NCBI RefSeq assembly: GCF_018977255.1
Contig: NW_024705528.1
Coordinates: 1-36,503 of the forward strand
Reading direction: 5' to 3'
DNA length: 36,503 nt
From: Callorhinchus milii
Taxonomy: Eukaryota
Part shown: positions 22,395 through 33,831 of the stretch, one piece after another
How positions within the stretch are numbered: the first letter of the stretch is position 1
Layout: each line of letters starts with the position of its first letter
Translations under genes and position numbers: made by a program
The notes under the pieces: generated by a model
The model's database searches: none
The model's input: only the letters and a program-made list of their open reading frames with translations
What the model was told of the DNA's origin: nothing

Positions 22395-23563
22395 TTGTCT
22401 CGACAAATGGCTTCTCCTCCCCCCCCCTCGCACTGTCTCATGTGGTGTCCCTCAGGGCTCTGTCCTCGGTCCCCTCCTCTTCACCCTCTATACGCTCCCC
22501 CTGTGGTGACATCATCCGCAGACATGGGGTTCACTCACACATGTATGCGGATGACACCCAACTCTACCTTTCCTCCTCTACTCTCAACTCCACGACCCCC
22601 GATGTCCTGACAGCTGTCTGTCCGACATCGAGTCCTGGACGAGAGACAACTTTCTTCAGCTCAACGTGCGAAAAACCGAGGCCCTCCTGATTGGCTCACG
22701 TCAGCGCCTCCGCACCTCATGCGCTGACACCATCAGCTCCGCACTCTCCACCTCTCAAAGCCATCAGGAACCTCGGGGTTCCCCTCGACCCTGAGCTGTC
22801 CTTTCTCCCTCACATCCGCCCCACAACTGGCACCGCCTTCCATCACCTCCGGAACATCGCCAGACTACGGCATTACCTCACCCCTCACGCTGCTGAAACT
22901 CTGGTCCACGCCTTTATCACCTCAAGGCCGGACTATGGGAACTCTCTCCTCGCCGGCCTTCCCGGCCCTCCCTCCACACTGCAGGTCATTCAGAACTCTG
23001 CAGCTCGTGTACTGTCCCGCACCAGACACCGCGACCACATCACTCCCACCCTCGCTCGCCTCCACTGGCTCCCCATCCCCCAGAGGATTGATTTCAAGAT
23101 CCTCATCCTCACCTACAAGGCCATTCCCGGCATCGCTCCCTCCTACCTCTCCAACCTACTATCCCCCTCCCTACCCCCCCGTACCATCCGTTCCTCTGGA
23201 TCTGGTCTGCTCCACGTCCCCCGCCCAAACCGGCCTACCATCGGTGGTCGGGCCTTCAGCCTCTCAGCCCCCAGGCTCTGGAACTCCACCTCCCAGTGCC
23301 TTCGCCTTGCTTTCTCCCCTTCTTCTTCAAGGCCGGTCTCAAAACCTTTCTCTTTGACCGTGCCTTCAACTCCCCTCTCGACTCTCTTCCCCCTCCTCGC
23401 TCCCTCCCCTCCCCTGACCATTTCCCCCATCCTCGCTCCCTCCCCTCACCCTGACCATTTCCCCCCTGCTTGGGTCATGACCCAACTGTGCAGCGCCTTG
23501 GAACGACCTCCTGACGTGAAAGGCGCTTTATAAATGGAATCTTGTTGTTGTTGTTGTTGTTGT
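22395..23563 (+). mobile_element. 5'-truncated L2-clade LINE (RT C-terminal part, 3' tail, (GTT)n)
   Basis: [59 protein letters not shown]; tail aaggcgctttataaatggaatcttgttgttg. Confidence 0.92.
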
Positions 23564-23719
23564 TCTCCATCTCTCCCGTTGGCTGTTGTGCATTTGAGGA
23601 AAACAATCATTTGCTTAAATTTACTCTGGGTTCAAATTAAAATTTAAAAATATACAGTGCAACTTTGCTGCCATCAGAGGGTGGGGCTGCACTGATTAAC
23701 TTCCCACAATGTTCTCCGT

Positions 23720-24095
23720 AATAATAATAACAATAATAGTTATAATAATCCTGGCATTTGTTGTTGCGGTGTTCACGTTTTGCAGACGCCGCAAAGCGCT
23801 TGTTCAGTCAAATCCCTTCTTCTCCTTGAGGGGAGGTGACCAGCGTCTCCCTGGAGCTGATCTGGAGATTGGCAACGAATGTGGGAATGGAGCCCGTCCT
23901 GTGTGATGGTCACTCGGGTGGATACTGTGATCGCTGCCTGTCCCGAGCTGTTCATCTATTTGTGTTTGTGTGTGTGGGTGTGTGTATGTTTCTGGATGTG
24001 TCTGTGCGTGCGTGTGTCTCTGTCTGTGTGGGTGTGTGTGTGCGCGCGTGCGTGTCTCTCTCTGTGTGTCTGTGTGTCTAACCCCCTGAGATACA
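23720..24095 (-). mobile_element. SINE, paralogue of 2265-2852
   Basis: Same core and tail in the same flanking context. Confidence 0.6.
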
Positions 24096-24487
24096 AAGAC
24101 ATTTTGCATTGAATACTGCAAAAAACTCATTCACTACACTATCCTGTGAAGCGCGTTGAGATGTCTCAAATCATGATAAGGAGCTGGGTCAAAGACAAGG
24201 ATAATTATTATTATCACAAAAATGGTTTTAAATGGCCCTAACAAACTCCTCTCCCCTTTACGAGGAGGACGGCCTCGCTTTGAATAACAAACACTGTCTG
24301 CAGTTCTTTATTAGTTTTTTAATGCAGTTTTTTAATAATGATTCATATTCTAATTATGGATAAATGTATTGCGCAAGTAGGAATGAAATTATTGGCAATA
24401 TAAGTTTGTTTGATTCCAAATCCGTCATTTCTTCCATTGGAAAAGAAAGATTTTCCAGGTAAACTGTCTAAGGCTGAATCAATGCTA

Positions 24488-25020
24488 CTGTGTGTATACA
24501 GGAGACACAACGGGAGAGATTGGGTGTATGTGGGAGATATTGGAAGAGGCTGTTTGTACGAGAGAAACACTGGGAGAGCTGTTTCTGTACACATATGGTG
24601 CTGGGAGAGGCTGTGTATACGGAGAGCATGGAGCGGTTGGGCGATACAAAGGGAAACACTGGAAGAGACTATGTGTAAAAGAGAGACACTGGGATGGCTG
24701 TGTGAATACAGGAGAGACACCAGGAATGGCTGTGTGTATACAGGAGAGGCACTGGAGAGCCTGTGTGTACACAGGAGAGAAACTGGGAGGCTGTTGTATA
24801 CAGGAGAGACACTGGGAATGGCTGTGTGTATACAGGAGATACACTAGGATTGGCTGTGTGTACACAGGAGAGAAACTAGGAGTGGCTGTGTGTATACAGG
24901 AGAGACACTGGGATTGGTTGTGTGTCTACAGGAGAGACAGTGGGAGAGCCTGTGTGTATACAGGAAAGACACTGGGAGTGGCTGTGTTTATACAGGAGAG
25001 ACACTAGGAGCGATTGTGTG
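24488..25020. repeat. About 31-bp minisatellite
   Basis: Same unit with fewer copies. Confidence 0.85.
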
Positions 25021-25367
25021 AACATATGCCTGATAATAATCTCTCGAGAAAAAAACAATAATGATTTGATCACTCAATCCATGACAATTTGTGGGTCGCT
25101 GCTGTGCGCAATTGGCTGCCGCTTTTCCTCCACATATATACAGTCCAATATCTTTACAGCATATTCTGTAAAGCGCTTTGAGATGTCTAGAAGATGTGAT
25201 AAGGCACTGGATCAAGTGCAAGAATTATATTATTTTTATTATTAATATTGTTACAGAGTGAAATCCTTTTCTCGCCCCGCCCAAAACCCTGCAGCACCGC
25301 TTTACTGCCACCAGAGGGCGGTGCTGCACTTCGTAACTGCCCACAGTATTCTCAGCAAATTAATAAC

Positions 25368-25878
25368 AGTAATATTCTTGTGATTCTATTTTGCGCTGTT
25401 CACTTCTTACAGACGCCACAAAGCGCGTGTATCGTAAGAAAAATCCCTTCTACTCCTTGAGGGGAGGTGAAAAGGGTCTCCATCGAGTTGATCTGGAGGT
25501 TGGCAACCAATGTGGGAATCAAGCCAGTCTTGTGTGATGGACACGAGGGTGGACATTGCGATCTCTGCCTGTCCCGCGTTGTGTGTTTGTGTAATTCTGT
25601 GTGTTTCTGTGTGTCTGTGTGTGTGCCTCTATGTGTATGTATGTATCTGTGTGTCTCTGTGTGTATATTTGTCTGTGTGTCTTTGCCACTGTGTATGAGT
25701 GTCTCTGACGGTATGTTTAAAGGGGTGTGTCTTTGTGTGCGCGTGTCTCAATCTGTGTGTGTGTCTTGGTGTGTCTGTGCATAGAGAGGAAACTTGCACA
25801 AGGTTTCGCCCCCAATTGGGGATTGACCCCCTGTCTCTGGCTTGCGAGGCGAGGGCTCTAAACGCTGAGCTACAGGAC
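25368..25878 (-). mobile_element. tRNA-derived SINE with internal CA-rich tract (duplicate)
   Basis: Near-identical to 15085-15596. Confidence 0.7.
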
Positions 25879-26961
25879 ATGTTACAGAGACAGTTTACGG
25901 TATATACTGTGAAGCGCTTCGAGACGTTCCGAAGACGTGATAACACACTGGATCAAATACAAGGATTACTATTATTATTACAAAAAGGGCTTTAACCCCA
26001 AAAAACCTCCTCTCCCTTTCAAGGCAGTGACGGCCTCGCTTTAAAACCCAAATATGGTCAACAGATCAAAATCCAGCACTGGCCCCGTGAACGAACCCAG
26101 CCCCGCCCCCGCCCCCGAACTCAGCCCCGCCCCCAAACCCAGACACGCCCCCAGTTCCGGACCCGCCCCCAAACCCAGCCCCGCCCCTATTTGTCTCCTG
26201 TTTGTAGCAAAGCCTCCAGCGGCTGATTGATAGAGAGAGAGTGAGTGAGAGAGACAGAAAGTGAGATTGAGTGTGAGAGAGAGGGAGACAGTTAATGCAA
26301 AAAACGATTTATATACTTGGGATTAGTGCAGAATTGGGAATATTTTGCACTGATGCACTTTAAACCCCGAGGATCTGGGGGAATTTACAACCGTTTCCCG
26401 TGTGGGATTAAAATCAAAACCCAGAGTTAACGCAAAACCGTATTTAATTCATTTTGATTAACGCAAACATTGGGGTTTATTAAACTATTGCACTTGAAAC
26501 ACCGCGGATGTGGGAGCTTTTAAAACCGTTTCCCGTGTTGTACAAAGAGAGCGCGTTATTTTTTAACCAGAAAGTCAATGATAAACCCCATGAGTATCGT
26601 TGGGATTAACGCAGATTTAGAAAGCCTGGGATGGGCTTTGAGACGTCTGGCAGAAGTGATGAGGAGCTGCGTACAATGTGTGGATTATTATTGTCGAGAT
26701 CAGGAGCTGAAAGCTCCAGCCTGATGTTCATTGTGTCACATGTGACTTACTTTAGACTTTTCTCTGTGCAAATTAGCTCTTTATTCGTTCACAAACACAA
26801 CAGGCGCTTCACAGTCGATTCCGAGAAAGGATTGTGCCGTGGGCCCAGTGTGAAAGGTGCAATACAAACCACAAGCTATAATGTATAAGGACACAGATTA
26901 TAAAAGGTTCAGCCTCGTGGCCATCACCGCCAAACACAAGTCATGGCTGAGGGTTTCCTCC

Positions 26962-27509
26962 TCATTTACCTGTCATCCGGCAGATCCTTAGAGGCTCAGA
27001 GTTTTTGCCGCCGTCGTTCAAACAGGGACTGAAGAAAGGATAAAGTTTCTCAGTGAAAATCTGCGTGAAAGTGTGGAGATGAGACATGTTATCAGCGTTG
27101 TAAAATGTTACCTGTCCCCCCTCATAGTCCAGGTAAACTCCCAGCTTCCCCGGTCTCTCTCTCAGGGATAGGCGGGTGGGAGATGAGGTACAAGCTTTAT
27201 ATTCATCCCCGTTTCTCAGCCACACAGCCCAAAATCCATTCTCTGGTGACAGTGTGATCAATCCTTTCCTGTTGACAGAATCTCGAGCGATTCCCACATC
27301 CCAGTCTGTCTTGTTGGCCACCTGCACCTCCCAGTAATGTCTCCCTGAATTGAAGCCCTCAGACGCCAGGACACTGACACTGCGATCAAACCTCTTCGGG
27401 GAGTCATGGAGCTGCTGCCGTGTACTTCCGTGTCTTACGCTGGTCAGGTCCTCAGAGAGGATAAGTTTGGGATAGGCTGTTTCAGGATCCAGAGTCAGGG
27501 AGGCCGGAG
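26962..27509 (-). CDS. Divergent intact PRY/SPRY (B30.2) terminal exon (type B); upstream exons not collinear in this window
   Basis: ccctcag acceptor, 548 nt open, [21 protein letters not shown]...YWEVQV...[12 protein letters not shown]...TGA. Confidence 0.9.
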
Positions 27510-27614
27510 CTGAGGGAGAGACACAACACAATGTTGAGTGAGGGGACATCTGGGAGCTCAGAATGTGCGTGAACGCATCTACACCTGGGGACACAATGCA
27601 GCTCAGAGGGTCAG

Positions 27615-29341
27615 ATGTGTGTGTGTGTGTGTGGGGGTGGGGGGGGGTGGGGGGTGGTGGGATGGGCTGGGAATTGGTGTGTGTGTGTGTGAGGATGTTT
27701 TGTGATTGTGTGTGAGTGATTGTGAATGTGTATGTGTGTTTGTGTGTATGATGGGTGTGTGTGAAGGTGTGTGCGAGGGTGAGTGTGTGTGTGCGCGAGT
27801 GTGTGTGAGAGTGTGTGAGGGCTGTGTGTGTGTGGGTATGTGTGTGAGCCCCCGTGTGTGTATGTTTATTTGTGAGAGTTATGTGAGTGTGTGTGTTACG
27901 GGATGTGTTAATGTGTGTGAGGGTAAGTATTTGAGTGTGTGTGAGGGTGCTTGTGAGGGTGTGTATGCGAGTGTGTGTGAGGGTGTGTGTGAAAGGGTTT
28001 TATGTGAGGCTATGTGTGAGTTTGTGCGCGATGATCTATGCGTGTGATTGTGTGAGTGGATGTGCGAGTGTTTGTGTGATGTTCTGTGTGAGTGTTTGTA
28101 TGATGGTTTGTGAGCGGAGTTGTAAGAGAGGGGTTGTTTAATTATGTGTGTGAGTGTCTGTGTCATCCGGTGTTTGAGGGGGTGTGTGATGGTCTTTTTG
28201 AAGGGGTGTGTGAGGCATTATTTGAGGGGGTGTGTGAGGGTGTGTGTGAGGGGTGCGTGTGAGGGTCTGCGTGAGGGTGTGTGTGAGGGTGTGTGTAAAG
28301 TTTGCGTGTGAGAGTCAGTTTGAGGGATTGCGTTAGAGAGTGTGTGATGCTATGTTTGTGGGAGCGCGTGAGGTGTTGTGTGTGAGGTTTTATGATGGAT
28401 GTGTATGAGGTTTTCTGTGTGGTTTTGTGTTTGAGAAAGTGTGTGAGGGGCTGCCTTTACGGATGTGTCAACGGGTTGTTTGTGTGTGAGAAGATATGAA
28501 AGGGTGTGTGTGAGGGGATGCGTGATGTTGTGTGAGGGGGTGTGTGGGCTTGTGTGTGATCGTGTATGTGAAGGTCAGAATGAGTGTTTGTGTGATGGTT
28601 TGTGACAGCGGTTGTGTGTGAGGGTGTGTGTGTGTGTCTGCGTTTCTGAGTGACGGTGTGTGAGGCTGTGTGTGAAGGGTGTATCTGAAGGCATTTGTAA
28701 GTGTTTGTGTGTGATGTGGTGTGAGTGTGTATATGAGAGGATGTGAGATGTGTTGTGAGAGGATGTGTGTGAGTGTGTGTGTGAGGGGGTTTGTGATGGT
28801 GTGTTTGAAATTGTGTGTTAGGTTGTATGAGGTAATGTGTGAGAGGTGTGTGTCAGGGTCTGTGTGAATGAGTGCGAGCAGGTGTGCAATTGTTTATGTC
28901 TGGGCCTGTGTGGGTGTGTGTGAGGGGTTATATGAGTGTGTATGTGAGGCTGTGTTTGAGCGTGTGTGTGATGGTCTGTGCGAGGGTATGAGTGTGGGTA
29001 TGTGTGGCAGTGTCTTTGTGACGGGTGTGTGTGATCGCGTGTGGGAGTGTGTGTATATCAGTGTCTGTGTGAGGTTGTGTGTGAGGGTGTGTGTGAGGGC
29101 GCGTGTGAGGGTGTGTGAAGGTGTGTGTGTCACGGTCTGTGTGTGCGGGAACCTGTGAAGGGTTGTTATATGTGTTGTGTGAGAGTGTGTGTATCAGGGT
29201 CTGTGTGAGGGTGCGTGTGAGGATGTGTGTGAGGGCTTGTGTGAGGGTGTGTGTGACGTTGTGAGTGAGATTCTGTTTGAGGGTTACGTGAGTGTTTATG
29301 TGAGTGTCTGTGTGAAGGTCTGCGTGAGTGGGTGTGTGACG
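27615..29341. repeat. GT-rich low-complexity intron upstream of the type B exon
   Basis: Composition; duplicated at 34780-36503. Confidence 0.9.
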
Positions 29342-29344
29342 GTC

Positions 29345-29780
29345 GGTTGACAGTGATAGCTTTGGAGATGTTTGTGTCTGTGAGTTATCAGTAATAGTCT
29401 GAGAAATGTCTGTATGTGATAGATATTAGTGACAGTCTGAGATAACTTTGTTTGCCTGAGATATTAATGAAAGTCTGATAGATGTGATTGTGCGTGAGGT
29501 ATCAGTGTTAGCCTGAGAGAAGTGTCTGAGAGATCATAGTATTGTTCTGAGTGATGTGTGTGAGAGAGAGCTATTAGTGTTAGCGTGATAGATGTGTGTG
29601 TGTGTGTCTGTGTGTAAGATATCACAGATCGTCTGAGAGATATGTGTGTGAGAGATATCAGTGGTAGTCTGAGAGATCCTGTGTGTCAGATATTAGTTAC
29701 ATTCGGAGATGTGTGTGTGGGAGAGATATTAGTGACAGGTTGAGAAATCAGTGTGTGAGAGAGATAGCAGTAATAGCCTA
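29345..29780. repeat. Degenerate minisatellite (gagatattagtgacagtctgagagatgtgtg)
   Basis: Recurrent gata(t/c)agt...tctgaga units. Confidence 0.65.
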
Positions 29781-30517
29781 GGATTTGTGTTTGGTTTGTG
29801 TTACACATTAATAAAACAGAAAACGAGTTCAGACGGAAAAAATCTTCATTCTGCCTTTTGGTTACGTTCTCTGAAAATCAATAAAAACACCACCAACTGA
29901 TGCAATAACAACCTGTGTGTGAATTAAACCAGTAAACAGGTCTTAATTCCCTCCTGCTTTTTAGTCAATGGCGGATTCCTGCCGGGGAAGGTTTAAAAAT
30001 CACTCCAACAATAACTAATATTTTTTTTTAAACCCAATCCTGGTCTGTTTGTGAGAGGCTGTTGTGCAGAATTGGCTACTGTGTTTTTGACCACACAATA
30101 CTAAAGAGTACTTGCTCTGAAGCGATTTCTGGCGTCCGAACAATGTTATAATACGCTAGAGAAAATGTGAGGTTTATGAAATGAATAGGATATTGTGAAT
30201 TATTGAGGATAGTGATTAATTAGGTTAATTATGGCCTGAGTGTCAACCTGAGGTACATTCAGACGATGAATATTAGTTGGTTTACACTGTGCGCGTGACT
30301 CTGAAATTACATTGTCGTGTATTTCTCAATCCCTTCAGTGGTTTCTTTGAAATAATTTGATGTGATACTGAGATGAGCTGTTACCATTGAGGGGAGATTA
30401 AAAGTGATCCTGTCAGAGGCTTCTGCTGTGTGTCATACGTCAAACCAGGGTAAACAGAGCCGCTTGCTGTTGGATATTAGAATCGATCTTTACACGTCTA
30501 TTTATATTTCCTGACAG

Positions 30518-30637
30518 ACCAGTTCTTTCCCAAAGTGCCAGTGGGTTTGGTGGTTTCCTCACTGCTCCTGGGACTTGCCATATTGGTGCTGAGTGTTCTT
30601 GTCGGGTACGGTGTAAAACAGCACCGAGAGATCACAG
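30518..30637 (+). CDS. Butyrophilin-like transmembrane exon (120 nt, phase 1-1)
   Basis: tttatatttcctgacag/AC...ACAG/gtaagt; translates (D)QFFPKVPVGLVVSSLLLGLAILVLSVLVGYGVKQHREIT, i.e. an FFP stalk, a hydrophobic helix and a basic stop-transfer segment. Confidence 0.72.
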
Positions 30638-30892
30638 GTAAGTTCCCATCAGTACCAGCTACCATGAAAAGCCACACAACACTCTGTGTTTTCATCTAGA
30701 AACGATAGTTGTGTAAACTTGGCGACAGACGATGGTAAAAGTTTCTGGGAATTTGTGGGTCAGAGGTTGAGCTCATAAGAGAGTCATTCTAATTCCTTTC
30801 ATAGTCTGTGGAGACAGACGAAGAATTAGTTAGCGGCAGTAACATGGGGGGGTTTGTGCATTGTCAGTTTTTGCAACAACCCTTTCCACTCA

Positions 30893-31281
30893 TATAATAA
30901 TTATAATAATAACATTAATAATAATAATAATCCTTTGATACAAAGCCTCATCGCGTCTTCGAGATGTGAAATTATTTCACAGAATATACTGTAAAGTGTA
31001 TTATCTGTATATGTTGTGGCCAGAACGTGGCAGCCAATTGCGCCCCGTGACATCCCCATCGACAGTTATTGAATAAGTGACCAAATTATTATTATTTTTA
31101 TATTTTCAAAGAATTATTACCCCCAGCGCGTGATCTCCCCATCGACTAACAACCAGATTCGAACTTACTGTTGGCAAGCAGAGCCGTGTAGAGTAAGGAA
31201 ATTTGTCCAAGGTTTCGCCCTGCCAGGAATCCAGCCCAGGACTCTCGCTTGCGAATGCCAATTTCTAATTACTGAGCTATA
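30893..31281 (-). mobile_element. tRNA-derived SINE, independent diverged insertion
   Basis: Same head (tagctcagtaattaga...ggcgaaaccttggacaaatttccttactctacac) and (ATT)n tail. Confidence 0.7.
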
Positions 31282-31586
31282 GTAAACACACATGAATATA
31301 TTGTACATCTGCCTTGATCATTGTCCCCATATCTCACTCTTTATTATTGGAAACCAATTGTAAATAATATAAACGCTGGAATACTAAACAGATATATTCA
31401 CAAAACAAGCGAATGTGAATGTCCACTTTCGAATGACAGTGAACAGTTGAGTTCTAATGTGTCGTTTATAATGTTGGTTAAAGCTGTACACCAATAGGTT
31501 ATTCATAACCGTAAAATAATAGTAGAATGGGTTTGTCAGTTTTGTGAACATTTTCTGCTTGAATAATTTTATTTTTTATTCAACAG

Positions 31587-31604
31587 CTCTGCAGAACAGA
31601 CTGG
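31587..31604 (+). CDS. 18-nt micro-exon (cytoplasmic, heptad-like)
   Basis: ttttttattcaacag/CTCTGCAGAACAGACTGG/gtaagc; phase 1-1, (A)LQNRL. Confidence 0.55.
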
Positions 31605-32446
31605 GTAAGCAAAAATAAATCCCTGTGACATCTGTCACATCATCTCATCTCCACATTGCCCTTAAACCGTGTTTTACACAATATTAGACAAACTAATGGA
31701 GAAAAAGCAACGAGAGAGATGGGATAGACAGAGTGACTTGTTCAGTTATGTGAGCGGAGAGCGAGAGAGCTGTAGAAAGCGACTCAGAGTGAAAGTTATA
31801 GAGAGACTCAGCCATCCTCACAGCTTTGTCCGGGTCCCTACCTCCCTGCCCCGTCAGCAATTCTGTATGTTACTCCCTGATCCTCTCCATTTAAACTGTT
31901 CATTTGGCAATTCTTCCACTGTATATCTACTGTCTAACCTATCTGTTCTCTGCTCTATTGACAGCTCAGTCCCTGTTATCTCATGGTTTTTCCAGGCCTA
32001 ACCTTTACTGCTACAACTGGTTTGGTGATTGTGTGATTTCTAATGATGTTGCAGTGTCTGTTTGCTAATTTTCTGTCCTCTCACCTGCCGTCCTCTCCAT
32101 TACATTCACTTCCTCCATCCTAGTCAGACCAGAAACCACTTGTCCCCTCGCTGTCACTCACAGCACCTTGATCCCTGTCCATTATCCTGGCCCGATTGTT
32201 CCTAAATCTCTTTGCAATTTGTACAGAAACTCTCCCTAATGTAATATTAGCACCTCAGCCGTTATGGTGTGGGATGGTGTCCTGGGGATGGACTAATCCC
32301 TGCCAATTATCATTAGCCTGATGTACGTGGCCAGTTTGCAGTGAGAGCACAGATTTCCTTGTCCTCACTCAGTCAGCAGTGAAACCTGGAGAAGCTTCTC
32401 CTAGTGATCAGAGACCTGACCATCTCTCTTTTCTTCTTGTTCCCAG

Positions 32447-32473
32447 TAACAAAAATGCTTCTTCTCGGTGCAG
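32447..32473 (+). CDS. 27-nt micro-exon, typical of the exon preceding B30.2
   Basis: ctctcttttcttcttgttcccag/TAACAAAAATGCTTCTTCTCGGTGCAG/gtaaga; phase 1-1, (V)TKMLLLGA. Confidence 0.55.
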
Positions 32474-32579
32474 GTAAGATTCTGAGTAACAGGAACCACT
32501 ATATTCACATCAACCTGCCACAGAGCTAAGTGCATGCCGCTGTCTCTCTCTCTCTGCAATCTTTCTCACTCTGGATCCT

Positions 32580-33215
32580 CACACAGCCCAACCCCGGTTC
32601 ACACACACTCTCACACCCACACACCCTCACACACACAAACACCAACACACAGTCTCTAACACAACCTCACACACACCCTAACACAATTCACACTCACACA
32701 CATCCTCAGGCGCACACAAGCACAAACTCAAATACACACCCTCAAACACACCATCGCACAGTCTCTCACACACACCCCCACACACACACCCCCACACACA
32801 CCCTCGTCCACACACACCCTCACACAAACACTCACTTATAGCGTCACACACCTCTTCACACACACTCAAATACACCCTCAAACACACTATCGCACAGTCT
32901 CTCACACACACCCCCACATACACACCCACACACACCCTCGTCCACACACACCCTCACACAAACACTCACACATAGCCTCACACACCTCTTCACACACACT
33001 CAAATACACCCTCAAACATAACCTCACACTACCCCTAAAACACCACCTCACACACATTTTTACACACAGCCTCTCACACACACACCTCTCAAACACACGC
33101 AACCTCACACACACAAAACTCCCTCACACTCAGACACACATGCCTGCACACACGCACACCATTACACACACAATCTCACCTACACACAACACTTCACACA
33201 CACCCTCACAAAGAC
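32580..33215. repeat. CA-rich low-complexity tract with an internal tandem duplication of about 125 bp
   Basis: Opposite polarity to the other GT tracts. Confidence 0.85.
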
Positions 33216-33249
33216 TGTGACACACTGAGCTGGATTGTGCTCCCAGGTT

Positions 33250-33770
33250 TAGATGGCCTTGGAGTGATGATGACATGCGAGAAGCTGATGGCTCGGTTCA
33301 TCTCCAGTGCGAGCGGATGGCCGTGGGCGTGGGTAACTAAGTGGATGTGGAGGGAAAATTTGAGTGAACAGACGATAGAGGAAATGTCTAAGGAGGTGGG
33401 GCTGGAGGGTGTGAAGTGGAGGTTGAAGTGGCCGAGGATGATACGGGGGCCGGAGCAGAGGCAGAGGGAGGCGAGGAGGGGTGACATGTCAGTGATGAAG
33501 GTGGGTGAGGATTTTGGGTTCAGTAAATTATGATTTTAGAGAGAGGTGGGTGGGATGGCAGAGGATAAGGTGTTGGGGAGAGGGCAGTGAGCCGGTGGAG
33601 TAGGGGGACAGGGCAAGTGACACCCTGGGGATGAGGTCCACCCCACCACCATGACGGTTGGGGCGTGGGGATTGTTGGTGGGTGTAGCGGGTTGTGTGAC
33701 CTCAGAGAGGGGGAAGGTATCACCTGGGGTGATCCAGGTTTAAGTGAGGGCCATAATGTCCATGTTCTCA
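33250..33770 (-). mobile_element. L2-clade LINE endonuclease fragment
   Basis: DIMALT*TW, IILGHFNLH and THAHGHPLAL resemble APE endonuclease motifs. Confidence 0.75.
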
Positions 33771-33831
33771 CCCATCACGCAACCCCTCAAACACATCCTC
33801 ACACAGACCCTCTCACAAACCATCACCCAAC

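Noticed and set aside
31965..31985. Possible 21-nt heptad exon (AQSLLSH)
   Set aside because: Acceptor and phase fit, but the donor gttttt is weak; not called without RNA data
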